Origin: Myxococcales bacterium
GTDB taxonomy: Bacteria; Myxococcota_A; UBA9042; JABWCM01; BTVJ01
DNA: 64,000 nt
Direction: 5' to 3'
NCBI GenBank assembly: GCA_045863395.1
Contig: BTVJ01000011.1
Span: 32,001 to 96,000 of the forward strand
Below, piece after piece: positions 1-9,810 of this stretch; positions within the stretch are counted from its first letter, which is position 1; every line of letters begins with the position of its first letter. Made by a program: the position numbers and the translations under genes. The notes under the pieces were generated by a model. That model made no database searches and had not been told where the DNA came from. It saw only the letters and a list, made by a program, of their open reading frames with translations.

Positions 1-2
1 GG

Positions 3-320
3 GCGATCACCCCGCTCAACAAGGCCGGCAACGTCGCGCTGACCGGTGTGGTCAACGCCTTGTTCGGGGCCGCCCTGACCGACACCCAGGCCGGCTTTCG
101 GCTCGTGCGCCGGGAGGCCGCTGCGCGCTGCCGCCTGAGCGCCTCCCGCTACAACATCGAGGTGGACCTCCTGCTCGGGGTGCTTCGGTCCGGCGGGCGG
201 GTCGTCGAGGTGCCCGTCACGCGGCGGGCTCGCTCCCACGGTCGGAGCGGGCTCCACAGCTTCCGGGACGGGGCGCTGATCCTGGCCCACATCCTGCGCC
301 GCCGCCTCGGGCCGCGCTGA
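3..320 (+). CDS. Glycosyltransferase family 2 (DPM1/ArnC-like polyprenol-phosphate sugar transferase), 5' part outside window
   Basis: Open frame from the window edge; TDTQAGFR, YNIEVD and EVPVT..R..GRS motifs typical of the DPM1-like GT2 C-terminus. Confidence 0.85.
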   Translation, partial: AITPLNKAGNVALTGVVNALFGAALTDTQAGFRLVRREAAARCRLSASRYNIEVDLLLGVLRSGGRVVEVPVTRRARSHGRSGLHSFRDGALILAHILRRRLGPR

Positions 321-327
321 GGGGCGC

Positions 328-1863
328 GTGGCCGTCGTCACCTTGCTGCGGCCGCCGAGCGTCATCGGGCGCTGGGCCCTGACGCTCAACGTCACGCCGC
401 CTCTGTCCCTGGCCTACGTGGCGGGGGCGCTGGCGGCGGCCGGCCACGAGCCGCGCATCGTGGACGGGGTGGGGGAGGCGGTTGCCCAGGTCCGGGCAGG
501 CTACCACCCGGACGTGCTCGTCAATGGGCTGACCGTCCCTCAGCTCGTCGAGCGGGTGGACCCGCGGTCCGGGCTCATCGGCATCTCCTGCATGTTCTCC
601 ACCGAGTGGCCCGTGGTGCGGGAGCTGATCGCCGCCCTCGGGCGCCGCTTTCCGGGCGTCCCCATCGTGTGCGGCGGCGAGCACCCCACGGCCGCGGCCG
701 AGTTCTCGCTGGAGGAGGCGCCCGCGCTGACGGCGTGCGTGTTGGGGGAGGGGGAGGAGACCGCAGTCGCGCTCGCCGCGGCCGTCGATGAGGGCTCCCC
801 ATGGGTCGACATTGCCGGGCTCGCGCTGCGGACCGTACATGGGATTGTTCGCACCGGGCCTCGCCCCAGGATCCGCGCGGTCGACGACATCCCGCTGCCC
901 CGCTGGGACCTCACCCCCATCGAGACCTACCTGGCCGGGGGCCACAGCTTCGGCGTGGACCGGGGCCGCACCATGCCCATCCTGGCGAGCCGCGGCTGCC
1001 CGTATTCGTGCACCTTCTGCTCCAGCCCCGCCATGTGGACCACGCGGTGGGTGGCGCGGAGCCCATCCCTCGTCGCCGACGAGATCGAGGGCTACGTGCG
1101 CGCGCTGGGCGCCGAGGCCGTCGACTTCTATGACCTGACCGCCATCGTGCGGCGCGACTGGATCATCGCGTTCTGCAACGAGCTGCTGCGCCGGGAGCTG
1201 CCCATCACGTGGCAGCTCCCGAGTGGCACCCGCAGCGAGGCCATCGACGGAGAGGTCGCCACGCTGCTCGCCCGCTCCGGGTGCCGCAACGTCTCCTACG
1301 CGCCCGAGAGCGGCTCGCCGCGCATCCTGCGTGCCATCGACAAGCGCGTGGACCTCCCCCGCATGGAGGCGTCCATGGCCGCCGCCGTCGAGGCAGGCCT
1401 CAACGTGAAGGCCAACGTGATGGTGGGCTTCCCGGGGGAGGATCTGGGCCACGCCCGCGAGACCCTCGACTTCATCGTCCGCATGGCGCTCCTCGGGGTC
1501 CACGACGTGTCGGTCTGGACCTTCTCCCCGTACCCCGGCTCCCGCCTGTTCGACGAGCTGCGTGCCGCGGGGCGCCTCGGACCCCTGGACGACGCCTACT
1601 TCGCCGCGCTCCTGTCCTACTCGGACCTGGCGGGCGCCGTCTCGTGGAGCGAGCACATGAGCTCACGGACCCTGCGCGCGCTCCGGCTGTTCGGGATGGC
1701 CAGCTTCTACGCGGTGAGCTTCGCCCGCCGCCCGGGTCGCCTCGCCGCCCTGGTCAGGAACGCGCGGAGCGGACGCCTGGAGTCGCGCCTGGAGATGTCC
1801 GTCGCCAACCTGCTGCGCAAGGTGGCCCCCACGGCCGTCGCGAGGCGCCCTGGGCGGCCGTGA
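328..1863 (+). CDS. Cobalamin-binding radical SAM protein
   Basis: PPLSLAYVA and GGEHPT B12-binding motifs, GEGEET, SRGCPYSCTFC (CxxxCxxC), ESGS, VGFPGE, PYPGS. Confidence 0.92.
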   Translation: MAVVTLLRPPSVIGRWALTLNVTPPLSLAYVAGALAAAGHEPRIVDGVGEAVAQVRAGYHPDVLVNGLTVPQLVERVDPRSGLIGISCMFSTEWPVVRELIAALGRRFPGVPIVCGGEHPTAAAEFSLEEAPALTACVLGEGEETAVALAAAVDEGSPWVDIAGLALRTVHGIVRTGPRPRIRAVDDIPLPRWDLTPIETYLAGGHSFGVDRGRTMPILASRGCPYSCTFCSSPAMWTTRWVARSPSLVADEIEGYVRALGAEAVDFYDLTAIVRRDWIIAFCNELLRRELPITWQLPSGTRSEAIDGEVATLLARSGCRNVSYAPESGSPRILRAIDKRVDLPRMEASMAAAVEAGLNVKANVMVGFPGEDLGHARETLDFIVRMALLGVHDVSVWTFSPYPGSRLFDELRAAGRLGPLDDAYFAALLSYSDLAGAVSWSEHMSSRTLRALRLFGMASFYAVSFARRPGRLAALVRNARSGRLESRLEMSVANLLRKVAPTAVARRPGRP

Positions 1864-1980
1864 GCCTGGCTACGGAGGTCGCGCCGGAGCGCCTTGGCCG
1901 TGCCCGCAGCGCGAACCAGTCGGGCAGAGGTGCCCGGCGTGCTCGCGAGGGCAGCGCGGGGCGCCTTCGCTTCGCCCGGT

Positions 1981-3627
1981 TCACGGCCCGCCCTTCCTGA
2001 GGAGCGCCAGGCGCCCGTGACCTGATACGGGGTCGAGGTGCCGGTCCCAGGTGCCCGGGTCGAGGAGCTGGGGGGTCCGCCGATCCTTGCTCAGCGCGAA
2101 CAGCGCCCCACCCGGGATGGCGTCGGGGCGCAGCTCGTCGGGGCCGATCAGGGCCCCGTAGGCCGCGGCGTCCAGGTGGGGGAGCAGCGCCGCGGTCTGG
2201 CCGACGCGCGGGTTGGTGAGCACCACCAGCTCGTGGTGGTGGTCGACGGGCAGCAGGTAGCGGACCCGCACGCCCGGGAGGCGGCCCGTGCGGTCGAGCC
2301 ACGTGGGGAGGACGTGGTTGTTCGTGTAGATCGCCGGGGCGGGGGCGACGGCGAGCTGGGCCTCCAAGAGCCAGGTCAGCTCCTCCGACGTCGTGTCTGG
2401 ACCGAAGCCCTCGACGGCCATGGGCCTCGCGGCCAGCGCCGGCCCCGCCAGGGCCAGCGCGGCCAGGGCGGCGCTGCCCGTCATGCGACGCCTGGTCGCC
2501 GCGCCGAGGTACACGAGGAGCCCAGCCCCCGCCACCACCAGCAGCGTCACCTCGCCGGTGGCCAGGTACACGCTCATGGCGGCGACCAGGAGGGCGCCGA
2601 GCGCGAGCGGGTCGCGAGCGGGGCCCCCGGGGGCGCCCTCGACGGCCTCCACCGCGCGCCCCAGCAGCAGCGCCCCCGCCGCGACGGGCATCAGGGCGTA
2701 TCGGACCGAGAAGCCGAGCACGAACAGCGGGGACTCTGGCAGGAGCCACAGGTGAGTCACGGCGAACACCGCTGCATAGACCAACACGAAGACGCCGAGA
2801 GTCTTCTCGAGGGACGTCGTCCCCCGCACGCGGGCCCACACGAGGAGCGCCAGGGCCGGCGAGGTGATGAAGAGGCCCCGGAGCAGCGAGTGGACGTCGT
2901 GGCGCTCGTACTCGGCGACCCACTCGGGGTTGGTCGTGTCCATGGCTGGCACGTTGGGGGGGAAGTGGATGAACCACAGCACGTCGCCGTGGTAGAGGGC
3001 GCCGAGGGTGCCATAGGCCAGGGGCCAGCAGAGCAGGCCGGCGAGCAGGCGGGGGCTCCGGTCCCGCAGGAGGGCGGCGGCGGCGATGATCGCGCAGAAC
3101 AGGGCGGCCTCGAAGCGCACCCAGGGCAGCGCGCCGAGGACGAGGCCCGCGAGGAGCGGGCGCCTCGTCACGAGCAGCCACAGGGCGAGCACGGTGCCGG
3201 CGACGCCGTCGGAGTTGGACACCCCGGCGGCCGCGCTCCAGAGGTACATGGGGGACGCGGCGAGGATCAGCGCGGGCAGCCACGGGCGTCGCAGGCCGAT
3301 GGCCACGGCCACCCGGTGCAGGAGCACCACGCCCACGGCGGCCACCAGCACGTGCGCCACCTGGTAGGCCAGCGGACCGAGGCGGGCCGGGAGGGCGTAG
3401 AGGAGGGCGAGGACCGGCTTCGACTTCTGGAGGAAGATCAGGGGCAGGGGAGCCTCTCCCGCCATGCGCGCGAAGCCGTAGCTCAGGAGCCCTTCGTCGT
3501 GGAGGTTTGCCGGGTCGAGGGCGAGCCAGACGCCGGCGATGCACGTGAGGGCCCCGAGGGTCGCCGCGGCGCTCCACCCTTCACCCAGGGAGGCACGGAG
3601 GACGCGCGCCATGACGGGCGCCGTCAT
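1981..3627 (-). CDS. Polytopic membrane protein, probable GT-C fold glycosyltransferase
   Basis: About 12 hydrophobic segments, HDE motif after the first TM helix, conserved R-x-E (VRFEA), RY in a late loop; translationally coupled to the deacetylase gene. Confidence 0.6.
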   Translation of the reverse strand: MTAPVMARVLRASLGEGWSAAATLGALTCIAGVWLALDPANLHDEGLLSYGFARMAGEAPLPLIFLQKSKPVLALLYALPARLGPLAYQVAHVLVAAVGVVLLHRVAVAIGLRRPWLPALILAASPMYLWSAAAGVSNSDGVAGTVLALWLLVTRRPLLAGLVLGALPWVRFEAALFCAIIAAAALLRDRSPRLLAGLLCWPLAYGTLGALYHGDVLWFIHFPPNVPAMDTTNPEWVAEYERHDVHSLLRGLFITSPALALLVWARVRGTTSLEKTLGVFVLVYAAVFAVTHLWLLPESPLFVLGFSVRYALMPVAAGALLLGRAVEAVEGAPGGPARDPLALGALLVAAMSVYLATGEVTLLVVAGAGLLVYLGAATRRRMTGSAALAALALAGPALAARPMAVEGFGPDTTSEELTWLLEAQLAVAPAPAIYTNNHVLPTWLDRTGRLPGVRVRYLLPVDHHHELVVLTNPRVGQTAALLPHLDAAAYGALIGPDELRPDAIPGGALFALSKDRRTPQLLDPGTWDRHLDPVSGHGRLALLRKGGP

Positions 3628-4301
3628 CCGCGAGGGGTCCCGCCGACGATGAGGCGCGCCCCGACCCCGAAGGCCTCGGCGGCACGGGCGCGAATCTGGG
3701 AGCCGCGGAGCCGCGCGAGGGCGCGGATCACGTCCGCGTCCAGGTAGGGTCGCCCCCCGATGCGCTGGGAGGCGTAGGCGCCCACCATGCGGACCTTGGC
3801 CTCCAGGTCGCGCTCCTCCAGAGGTACCCAGACCGAGAGCCGGCCGTCGCCCAGGTCGTTGTTTGGGAACTCGCCGTAGAGCACCGTGGCGTGGGCTTTG
3901 AAGACGCGGGTGGCCTCCAGGGAGACCTGGCGGTGGTCCTGGTTGGTGTCGCGCTCCGGGTGGGTGACGACCAGGTCATAGCGGCCGCGCAGCGCCTCCA
4001 GCGCCGCGTAGAGGTCCCCGCGGCGCGCCTCGAAGGCGCCCTGGCAGGCGGGGAGCAGGTCCGCGTGATCGGTGTGGTCGGTGAGCTGGGCGCCTTGCTC
4101 ACGGAGCCACCCCAGGTTGCCGCGCAGCTCCTCCCGCGCCTGGGTGGCTCCGGCGTCGTCCAAGACTCCTCGATGGTCGCTGAAGACCAGGACGCCGACG
4201 GTCGCTCCGTCGCGGCACGCGCGAGCGAGGAGGCCGCCGGCGAGCAGCTCCACGTCGTCGCAGTGCGCCCCCACGAAGAGGATGCGCTCGGGGAGCCTCA
4301 C
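3624..4301 (-). CDS. PIG-L/LmbE family deacetylase
   Basis: GAHCDD and NQDH metal-binding motifs, YASQ, AEAF; GTG start at 4301 overlaps the epimerase stop (the listed ORF start at 4904 is too long). Confidence 0.88.
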   Translation of the reverse strand: MRLPERILFVGAHCDDVELLAGGLLARACRDGATVGVLVFSDHRGVLDDAGATQAREELRGNLGWLREQGAQLTDHTDHADLLPACQGAFEARRGDLYAALEALRGRYDLVVTHPERDTNQDHRQVSLEATRVFKAHATVLYGEFPNNDLGDGRLSVWVPLEERDLEAKVRMVGAYASQRIGGRPYLDADVIRALARLRGSQIRARAAEAFGVGARLIVGGTPRG

Positions 4302-5239
4302 AGCGGCCCCCGCGGCAGGTAGCCGGCCTCGTGGAGCCAACGGGCGGCGCGGGGGAGGCCCTCGGCGATGGGCGTCGAGCAGGCGCCTGGAAGGTGCGCC
4401 TGGAGGCGCTCGACGGCTGCCAGGCGGCGGACGACCCGGTCCCAGGGGCGACGGGGCCCTACGGTGAGACGATCTGCCGGGGCGTCGAACAGGGCGAGGA
4501 TGCGCTCGGCGAGCTCCAGGATGGGCGTCTCGACGCCCGTCCCGACGTTGACCACGTTCCCGGCGGTGGTCTCGGCCCGGACCAGGACGTCCACTACGTC
4601 GTCCACGAAGGTGAAGTCGCGGGTCGCGCCGGCGCCCGTGATGTCGATGCGTCGCCCGGGCCCGTGGAGCGCCGCGATCATGTTCGGGATGGCGTTGCGG
4701 TAGGGCCCCGGCGGGTCCCCGGGGCCGTAGACGTTGAACAGGCGCAGCACCGCGTGGGGGAGGCCGGACGCCTGCACGTACTGCTCCCCCAGGTGCTTGC
4801 TGGTCGCGTACGGGGTGGTCGGAGCGAGGGGGCCGTCCTCCCTGTGAGGCACCGGGGCGTCCCCATAGGACGATGACGAGCCCGTGTAGACGAACAGGCC
4901 GCACCCCGCCGCCCGGGCGTGGGCCAGCACGTGGAGGGTGCCCTCGGCGTTGGTGCGCAGATCGAGCTCCGGGTCCTCGATGGATCGCGCGTTGGCGAAG
5001 GACGCGGCCAGGTGATAGACGCGGTCCCAGGGGCCCGCGGGCAGGCGCGCCAGGTCCTCGGGGCAGCGGATGTCACACCAGCAGAAGCGTGCGCCTGCGC
5101 TCAGCGCATCGGCGATCAGGGCCGTCGACCCGTGCATGGACAGGTTGTCGGCGACCACCACGGCGTGGCCGTCCCTCGCGAGCCGGCGCACCAGGTTGGA
5201 GCCGATGAAGCCTGCGCCGCCTGTGACAAGGATCCGCAC
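4298..5239 (-). CDS. NAD-dependent epimerase/dehydratase (extended SDR)
   Basis: TGGAGFIG, SSSSYG, YATSK (YxxxK), LRLFNVYGP, RDFTFVDD. Confidence 0.93.
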   Translation of the reverse strand: MRILVTGGAGFIGSNLVRRLARDGHAVVVADNLSMHGSTALIADALSAGARFCWCDIRCPEDLARLPAGPWDRVYHLAASFANARSIEDPELDLRTNAEGTLHVLAHARAAGCGLFVYTGSSSSYGDAPVPHREDGPLAPTTPYATSKHLGEQYVQASGLPHAVLRLFNVYGPGDPPGPYRNAIPNMIAALHGPGRRIDITGAGATRDFTFVDDVVDVLVRAETTAGNVVNVGTGVETPILELAERILALFDAPADRLTVGPRRPWDRVVRRLAAVERLQAHLPGACSTPIAEGLPRAARWLHEAGYLPRGPL

Positions 5240-5373
5240 GTTCGGTTTCGCCTCGCCGAGGGGGCGCCCGCCGCAGCGGGGAGCCCGGAGGATGAACCGA
5301 GACTATACGAGACGTTCGCGAGGTGCCGCAACCGCTCCCGGAGCTGGTGACGGGGAGCGCGGCGGTTGCCGGA

Positions 5374-6501
5374 TCAGGGGGCCGCCGGCTTCGCCTGGGG
5401 CGGGTCCCACGTGCACGTCGTGAAGACCGTCATGAGGGGCGGGCGCCCCACGCCCTCGAGGCCCCAGGTGTACTCGCGGATCTCCTGACCCGGGGCCAAG
5501 GTGCCCAGGTCCTTGACGATGCTCTTCTCGTCGCTGCCCACTCGGAGGTCCAGGCGCGCCTCGCACCGCGCCGCCTCGGCGTAGACGTTGGTGGCGCGGA
5601 GGCGGGCGACGTACCGCGCGCCCTCGGGAGCGTTGACCTCCTCCACGTTGGACTCGATGACGACCTCGCGGCAGGAGCCCGGGATCGTCTCCCTCGCCGC
5701 GCACTGAGAGGCGTCGCCCGTGGCGATGGCGCGGCAGTGATCGCGCGCGGTCGGCTCCGGGATGCGCCCGCACTGGACCGGGTCCTGCTTCATGAGGGCG
5801 GTCAGCGTCCAGTAGGTCTGGCAGGGGGCTGCGCTCGTGCCGCACTCCGGTGCCTTCCGATCCCGCATGGCCCGGCACACGACGGCCTCCTCCGAGCCGT
5901 CGGGCGGGCAGGTGAGCTCGCCGCCCGCGCCGCCCTCGCACATGGCGCGGAGGCCGCCGTCGGGGATTCCCCCGCACAGGGCGGGGTTCCTGCCGACCAC
6001 CGCCTGGCGCAGCAGGGCCATCAGCTTGCACGCGGCGCCCGAGTCCTGGAGGTTCTCACCACGGCACTGGGAGGGGTCCCCGGACGCGGCGCCCACGCAG
6101 GAGGCGTCCAGGGTCCGCTCGGCGCACTTCCCGGCGTGGCGGTGCAGGGCCGCGACCAGGAGGGCGTCGGCCTTTCTGCGCGCCTCGCTGGCGGCTGCGG
6201 TTGCCTTGTCTGCCTCGACGCGGGCGATGGCGGCCTGCTGCGTGGCGATGGCGACCTCGTCGAACTGCTGCCCACCCTCACAGGCGTCAGGGGCGTTGGC
6301 TGGGACAACCGGCGCGGGCTCCGGCGTGGCCACTGTCGTCTCCGGAGCCGCCGGGGGCGCGCTCTCGGCGGTCGCCTGCGCCGGCCTCGATGCTGGCGCC
6401 GTGGGCTGAGCAGGCGCCGGGGGTTCGCTCTTCTTGCAGCCGCCCCAGGCCGCGAGCGTCAGCGCTGCGGCGCCAGCGATCCACCCGATCTTTCGTGACA
6501 T
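5374..6501 (-). CDS. Cysteine-rich lipoprotein, hypothetical
   Basis: MSRKIGWIAG...AWGGC lipobox-like signal, Pro/Ala linker, repeated DPxxC...C motifs; GGAGG RBS upstream. Confidence 0.65.
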   Translation of the reverse strand: MSRKIGWIAGAAALTLAAWGGCKKSEPPAPAQPTAPASRPAQATAESAPPAAPETTVATPEPAPVVPANAPDACEGGQQFDEVAIATQQAAIARVEADKATAAASEARRKADALLVAALHRHAGKCAERTLDASCVGAASGDPSQCRGENLQDSGAACKLMALLRQAVVGRNPALCGGIPDGGLRAMCEGGAGGELTCPPDGSEEAVVCRAMRDRKAPECGTSAAPCQTYWTLTALMKQDPVQCGRIPEPTARDHCRAIATGDASQCAARETIPGSCREVVIESNVEEVNAPEGARYVARLRATNVYAEAARCEARLDLRVGSDEKSIVKDLGTLAPGQEIREYTWGLEGVGRPPLMTVFTTCTWDPPQAKPAAP

Positions 6502-6636
6502 GCACGCACCTCCTCGTGGGGGCAGACCCTGCATGGTCTCAGATTCCCGATGTGCCGTCGAGGCGCGCGGGAGCGCCCGCGCGGAGGACCACCCTTTGTG
6601 GTTGATCGGTGCCCCGGTCCCGGTACGATGCGCGCC

Positions 6637-8343
6637 ATGCTTCGACCCCGCTGGACCCTGCTCGACGTGGCCCCGGATCGCGTCCACGCCCTGGCGCGCG
6701 TCGCCTCCTGCTCCGTGATCGTCGCGCGGCTCCTGGTGCAGCGCGGCATCGAGGATCCCGCCGAGGCCGCGCGCTTCCTCGACCCCCGCCTCTCCGATCT
6801 GGAGCCGCCCGCGCGCATGGCAGGCATGGGCGCGGCGGTGGAGCGCATCCTGGAGGCCGACGCTCGGGGGCAGAAGATCACCATATGGGGTGATTATGAT
6901 GTCGACGGGGTCACATCAGCAAGCCTGCTGCTGTTGTTTCTTCGAGATGTCGGTATTTCGGCTGATTTCTTCGTTCCAGACCGATTCGTGGATGGTTATG
7001 GGCTGAGCGCGCCCCGCATCGAGGAGCTGGCCGCTCGGGGGACGCGGCTCCTGATCACCGTGGACTGCGGTGTGACGGCCCGGGCCGAGATCGCGCTTGC
7101 CGGCTCTCTGGGTATGGACGTGGTCGTCGTGGACCACCACCACCCCCCTCCTGAGCTGCCGGCGTGCATCCTGGTCAACCCGCTCCAGCCGGGGTGCGGC
7201 TACTCCTATAAGAAGATGGCGGCCGTCGGGCTGACCTTCCACCTGCTGGTGGCGCTGCGGGCGGCGCTCCGGGAGCGCGGGCGGTTCGCCGGGCGCCCCG
7301 AGCCGGACCTGCGGGATCTGCTGGATCTCGTCGCCATCGGGACCGTCGCCGACGTGGTCCCGCTGACGGGGACCAACCGGATCCTGACGTGGCACGGTCT
7401 CAGGCGGGTCGCGCAGAGCCGCCACCCGGGGGTGAAGGCGCTGTGCCGGGTCAGCGGCATCGACGGGCCCGTGGGCGCCGGGCAGGTGGGCTTCCAGCTC
7501 GGGCCGCGCATCAACGCGGCGGGGCGGCTCAGCTCTGCGACCAAGGGGGTGGAGCTGCTGACCTCCCGGAGCCTGGAGGCGGCCATGGGCATCGCCGAGG
7601 AGGTGGACCGGGAGAACCGCGAGCGGCGCGCCATCGAGCAGACCATGCTGGACGAGGCGCTCGCGCAGGCGACGCGCCTGGGGAATCCGGCGGGGCGCAG
7701 GGCCCTCGTGCTGTCCAGCGCCTCGTGGCACGCGGGGGTGGTCGGCATCGTGGCGTCCAAGGTGGTCGAGCGCTTCCACCGGCCCACGTTCGTCATCGCC
7801 GTGGAGGGTGACGTCGGCAAGGGGTCCGGGCGCAGCGTGGAGGGCTTCCATCTGGTGGAGGGGCTCGACCGGGTGGCGAGCGACCTCGTCGGCTACGGGG
7901 GGCACGCCCACGCGGCCGGGGTGACCGTCGCTGCGGACCGCATCCCGCGCTTCGCAGAGCGCCTCGACGCCGTTGCGCGGGAGCGCCTGTCGGAGGCGCA
8001 GCTCACCCCGACCCTGCGGCTCGACGCGGAGGTTCCCCTTGGCGCGGTGACCTGGGACCTGGTCGCGGACCTGGAGCGGCTCGCCCCCTTCGGGCCCGGG
8101 AACCCGCGGCCGACGTTCCTCGGGCGCGCGGTGCGCGTGCAGGACGTGCGGGTCGTGGGGAGCGGGCATCTGAAGATGACCGTGGAGCAGGGCGGCACTA
8201 CCTGCGACTGCATCGGCTTCCGGCTCGCCGACCGGGCCCCGCGCCCGGGAGAGCGGGTCGATCTGGCGTTTCGGCCTCAGATCGACACGTTCAATGGGCG
8301 GCAGCGCCTCCAACTCGACCTGCGGGACCTGCGCCCGGCGTGA
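6637..8343 (+). CDS. recJ: Single-stranded-DNA-specific exonuclease RecJ
   Basis: GDYDVDG, TVDCG, DHH, GTVADVV, GPRINAAGRL, GSGRS, GGHAHAAG, PFGPGNP motifs; start could be 6628 or 6637. Confidence 0.97.
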   Translation: MLRPRWTLLDVAPDRVHALARVASCSVIVARLLVQRGIEDPAEAARFLDPRLSDLEPPARMAGMGAAVERILEADARGQKITIWGDYDVDGVTSASLLLLFLRDVGISADFFVPDRFVDGYGLSAPRIEELAARGTRLLITVDCGVTARAEIALAGSLGMDVVVVDHHHPPPELPACILVNPLQPGCGYSYKKMAAVGLTFHLLVALRAALRERGRFAGRPEPDLRDLLDLVAIGTVADVVPLTGTNRILTWHGLRRVAQSRHPGVKALCRVSGIDGPVGAGQVGFQLGPRINAAGRLSSATKGVELLTSRSLEAAMGIAEEVDRENRERRAIEQTMLDEALAQATRLGNPAGRRALVLSSASWHAGVVGIVASKVVERFHRPTFVIAVEGDVGKGSGRSVEGFHLVEGLDRVASDLVGYGGHAHAAGVTVAADRIPRFAERLDAVARERLSEAQLTPTLRLDAEVPLGAVTWDLVADLERLAPFGPGNPRPTFLGRAVRVQDVRVVGSGHLKMTVEQGGTTCDCIGFRLADRAPRPGERVDLAFRPQIDTFNGRQRLQLDLRDLRPA

Positions 8344-9691
8344 GGTAGGTCGTGGCCCGCGCCCCGACGAGCTCTGTGGTCTCCAGCGGGCGCCACCGGG
8401 CCGCGAAGGTGGCCTCGTGCTCCCCGTGCGGAGGGTGGGCCTGGAGGTAGAGCACGCGGCCGCCGCGTGCCTGCGCCTGCTGCTCGGCGCGGTCCACGTC
8501 CGCGGGGCCGTCGAGCCAGACCACCGGCGCTCGCAGATACCAGCCCAGGTACGTCCGGTTGTAGGGCTCGGCCACGAGCACTGCGTCTGCGGTCGTCGCG
8601 AGCGCGGAGAGCTCTCGCCACTGCTCCTTGGAGCGGGTGAGGTACACGTCCCGCAGCAGGTGGAAGGCGAGCAGCGCCGCCGTGGCGGCTGCGACCACCC
8701 GGCGCGGCCACGGGGGGAGCAGCACGAGGCCCCGCGCGGCCAGCAGCGAGAGGGCGCCCAGGATGGCGATGGGGTATTTGTGGTAGAAGATCGGCTCTCC
8801 GATGAGGGACAGGGTCACGGGGATGGCCAGGGGGACGGCGATCCACAGGGCGAGGAGGGCGCGGCGGGAGGTCCGGGGGGCGCTGTCTCCTGCGCCGCCG
8901 GGGGCCTCCGCGGCAGCCCGCAGGGACACGAGCGGGAGGAGCACGGCGAGGGGGATGGAGTAGCCGTACCAGCGCCGCATCCAGTCGAGGGGGTCGGTCC
9001 AGGTGATGGGGTCGATCCAGAAGCCCTGCTGGACACGGCCGGCCTGCCCGAGCAGCGACGGAACCCAGGGGAGGAGCAGCGCGGCCACGGTGGCGGCGCC
9101 GGCGAGGAACGGGCGGCGCAGGGCAGGCACGAACACGAGCGCCCAGAGGCCCTGGGCCACGAGCACGAAGCTCCCGTAGACGTGGGTGTAGGCAAGGAGG
9201 GTGGCGGCTGCGATCCACACCAGGGCGCGGCCCCGTGAGGGCTGCGAGGCCCACCGGACCAGCGCCCACGTCGCCCACAGGGCCAGGGCGAGCATCAGGG
9301 AGTAGGATCGTGCCTCGCGCCCGTAGAACACCGCGTAGGGGTTGAGAGCGAGCAAGGTGGCAGCCATGAGGCCGGTCCGGCGGTCCCACAGTTCACGGCC
9401 GAGGCCGTAGAGGGGGACGACGGCGGCCGCACCGACGAGCGCCGAGAGGAGCCGCGAGGCGACCTCGGACTCCCCGACCAAGCGCGTCCACACCCACAGG
9501 AGGACGGAGTAGAGGGGCGGGTGGACGTCCTCCCGGGCCAGGGCAGCGAGCATGTCGCCAAAGGGCTTGCGCACCTGGTCGAGGGACCAGATCTCGTCGT
9601 ACCAGTAGGATTCGTCGCCAATTCCGACGACGCGGGCGAGCAGGGCCGCCGCGACGATGACGAGCAGGGGCTGGTTCCGGGGTGGGCTCAT
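8291..9691 (-). CDS. GT-C (GT39/PMT/ArnT-like) membrane glycosyltransferase
   Basis: WYDE, DVHPPLY, EARSYSL, YTH motifs and multiple TM helices; 3' end overlaps recJ by 53 bp. Confidence 0.85.
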   Translation of the reverse strand: MSPPRNQPLLVIVAAALLARVVGIGDESYWYDEIWSLDQVRKPFGDMLAALAREDVHPPLYSVLLWVWTRLVGESEVASRLLSALVGAAAVVPLYGLGRELWDRRTGLMAATLLALNPYAVFYGREARSYSLMLALALWATWALVRWASQPSRGRALVWIAAATLLAYTHVYGSFVLVAQGLWALVFVPALRRPFLAGAATVAALLLPWVPSLLGQAGRVQQGFWIDPITWTDPLDWMRRWYGYSIPLAVLLPLVSLRAAAEAPGGAGDSAPRTSRRALLALWIAVPLAIPVTLSLIGEPIFYHKYPIAILGALSLLAARGLVLLPPWPRRVVAAATAALLAFHLLRDVYLTRSKEQWRELSALATTADAVLVAEPYNRTYLGWYLRAPVVWLDGPADVDRAEQQAQARGGRVLYLQAHPPHGEHEATFAARWRPLETTELVGARATTYLTPGAGPAGRVGGAAAH

Positions 9692-9810
9692 GGGGCGCGG
9701 AGGGTAGCCGATCACCGAGGGCCTGTCACATGGGCGGCGGCTTGCTGGCGCGCCGCCGTTTCGGATACGGTCTGAGCGAGATGTACCTCTCCCGCTCCAC
9801 GAGGGCCCCC

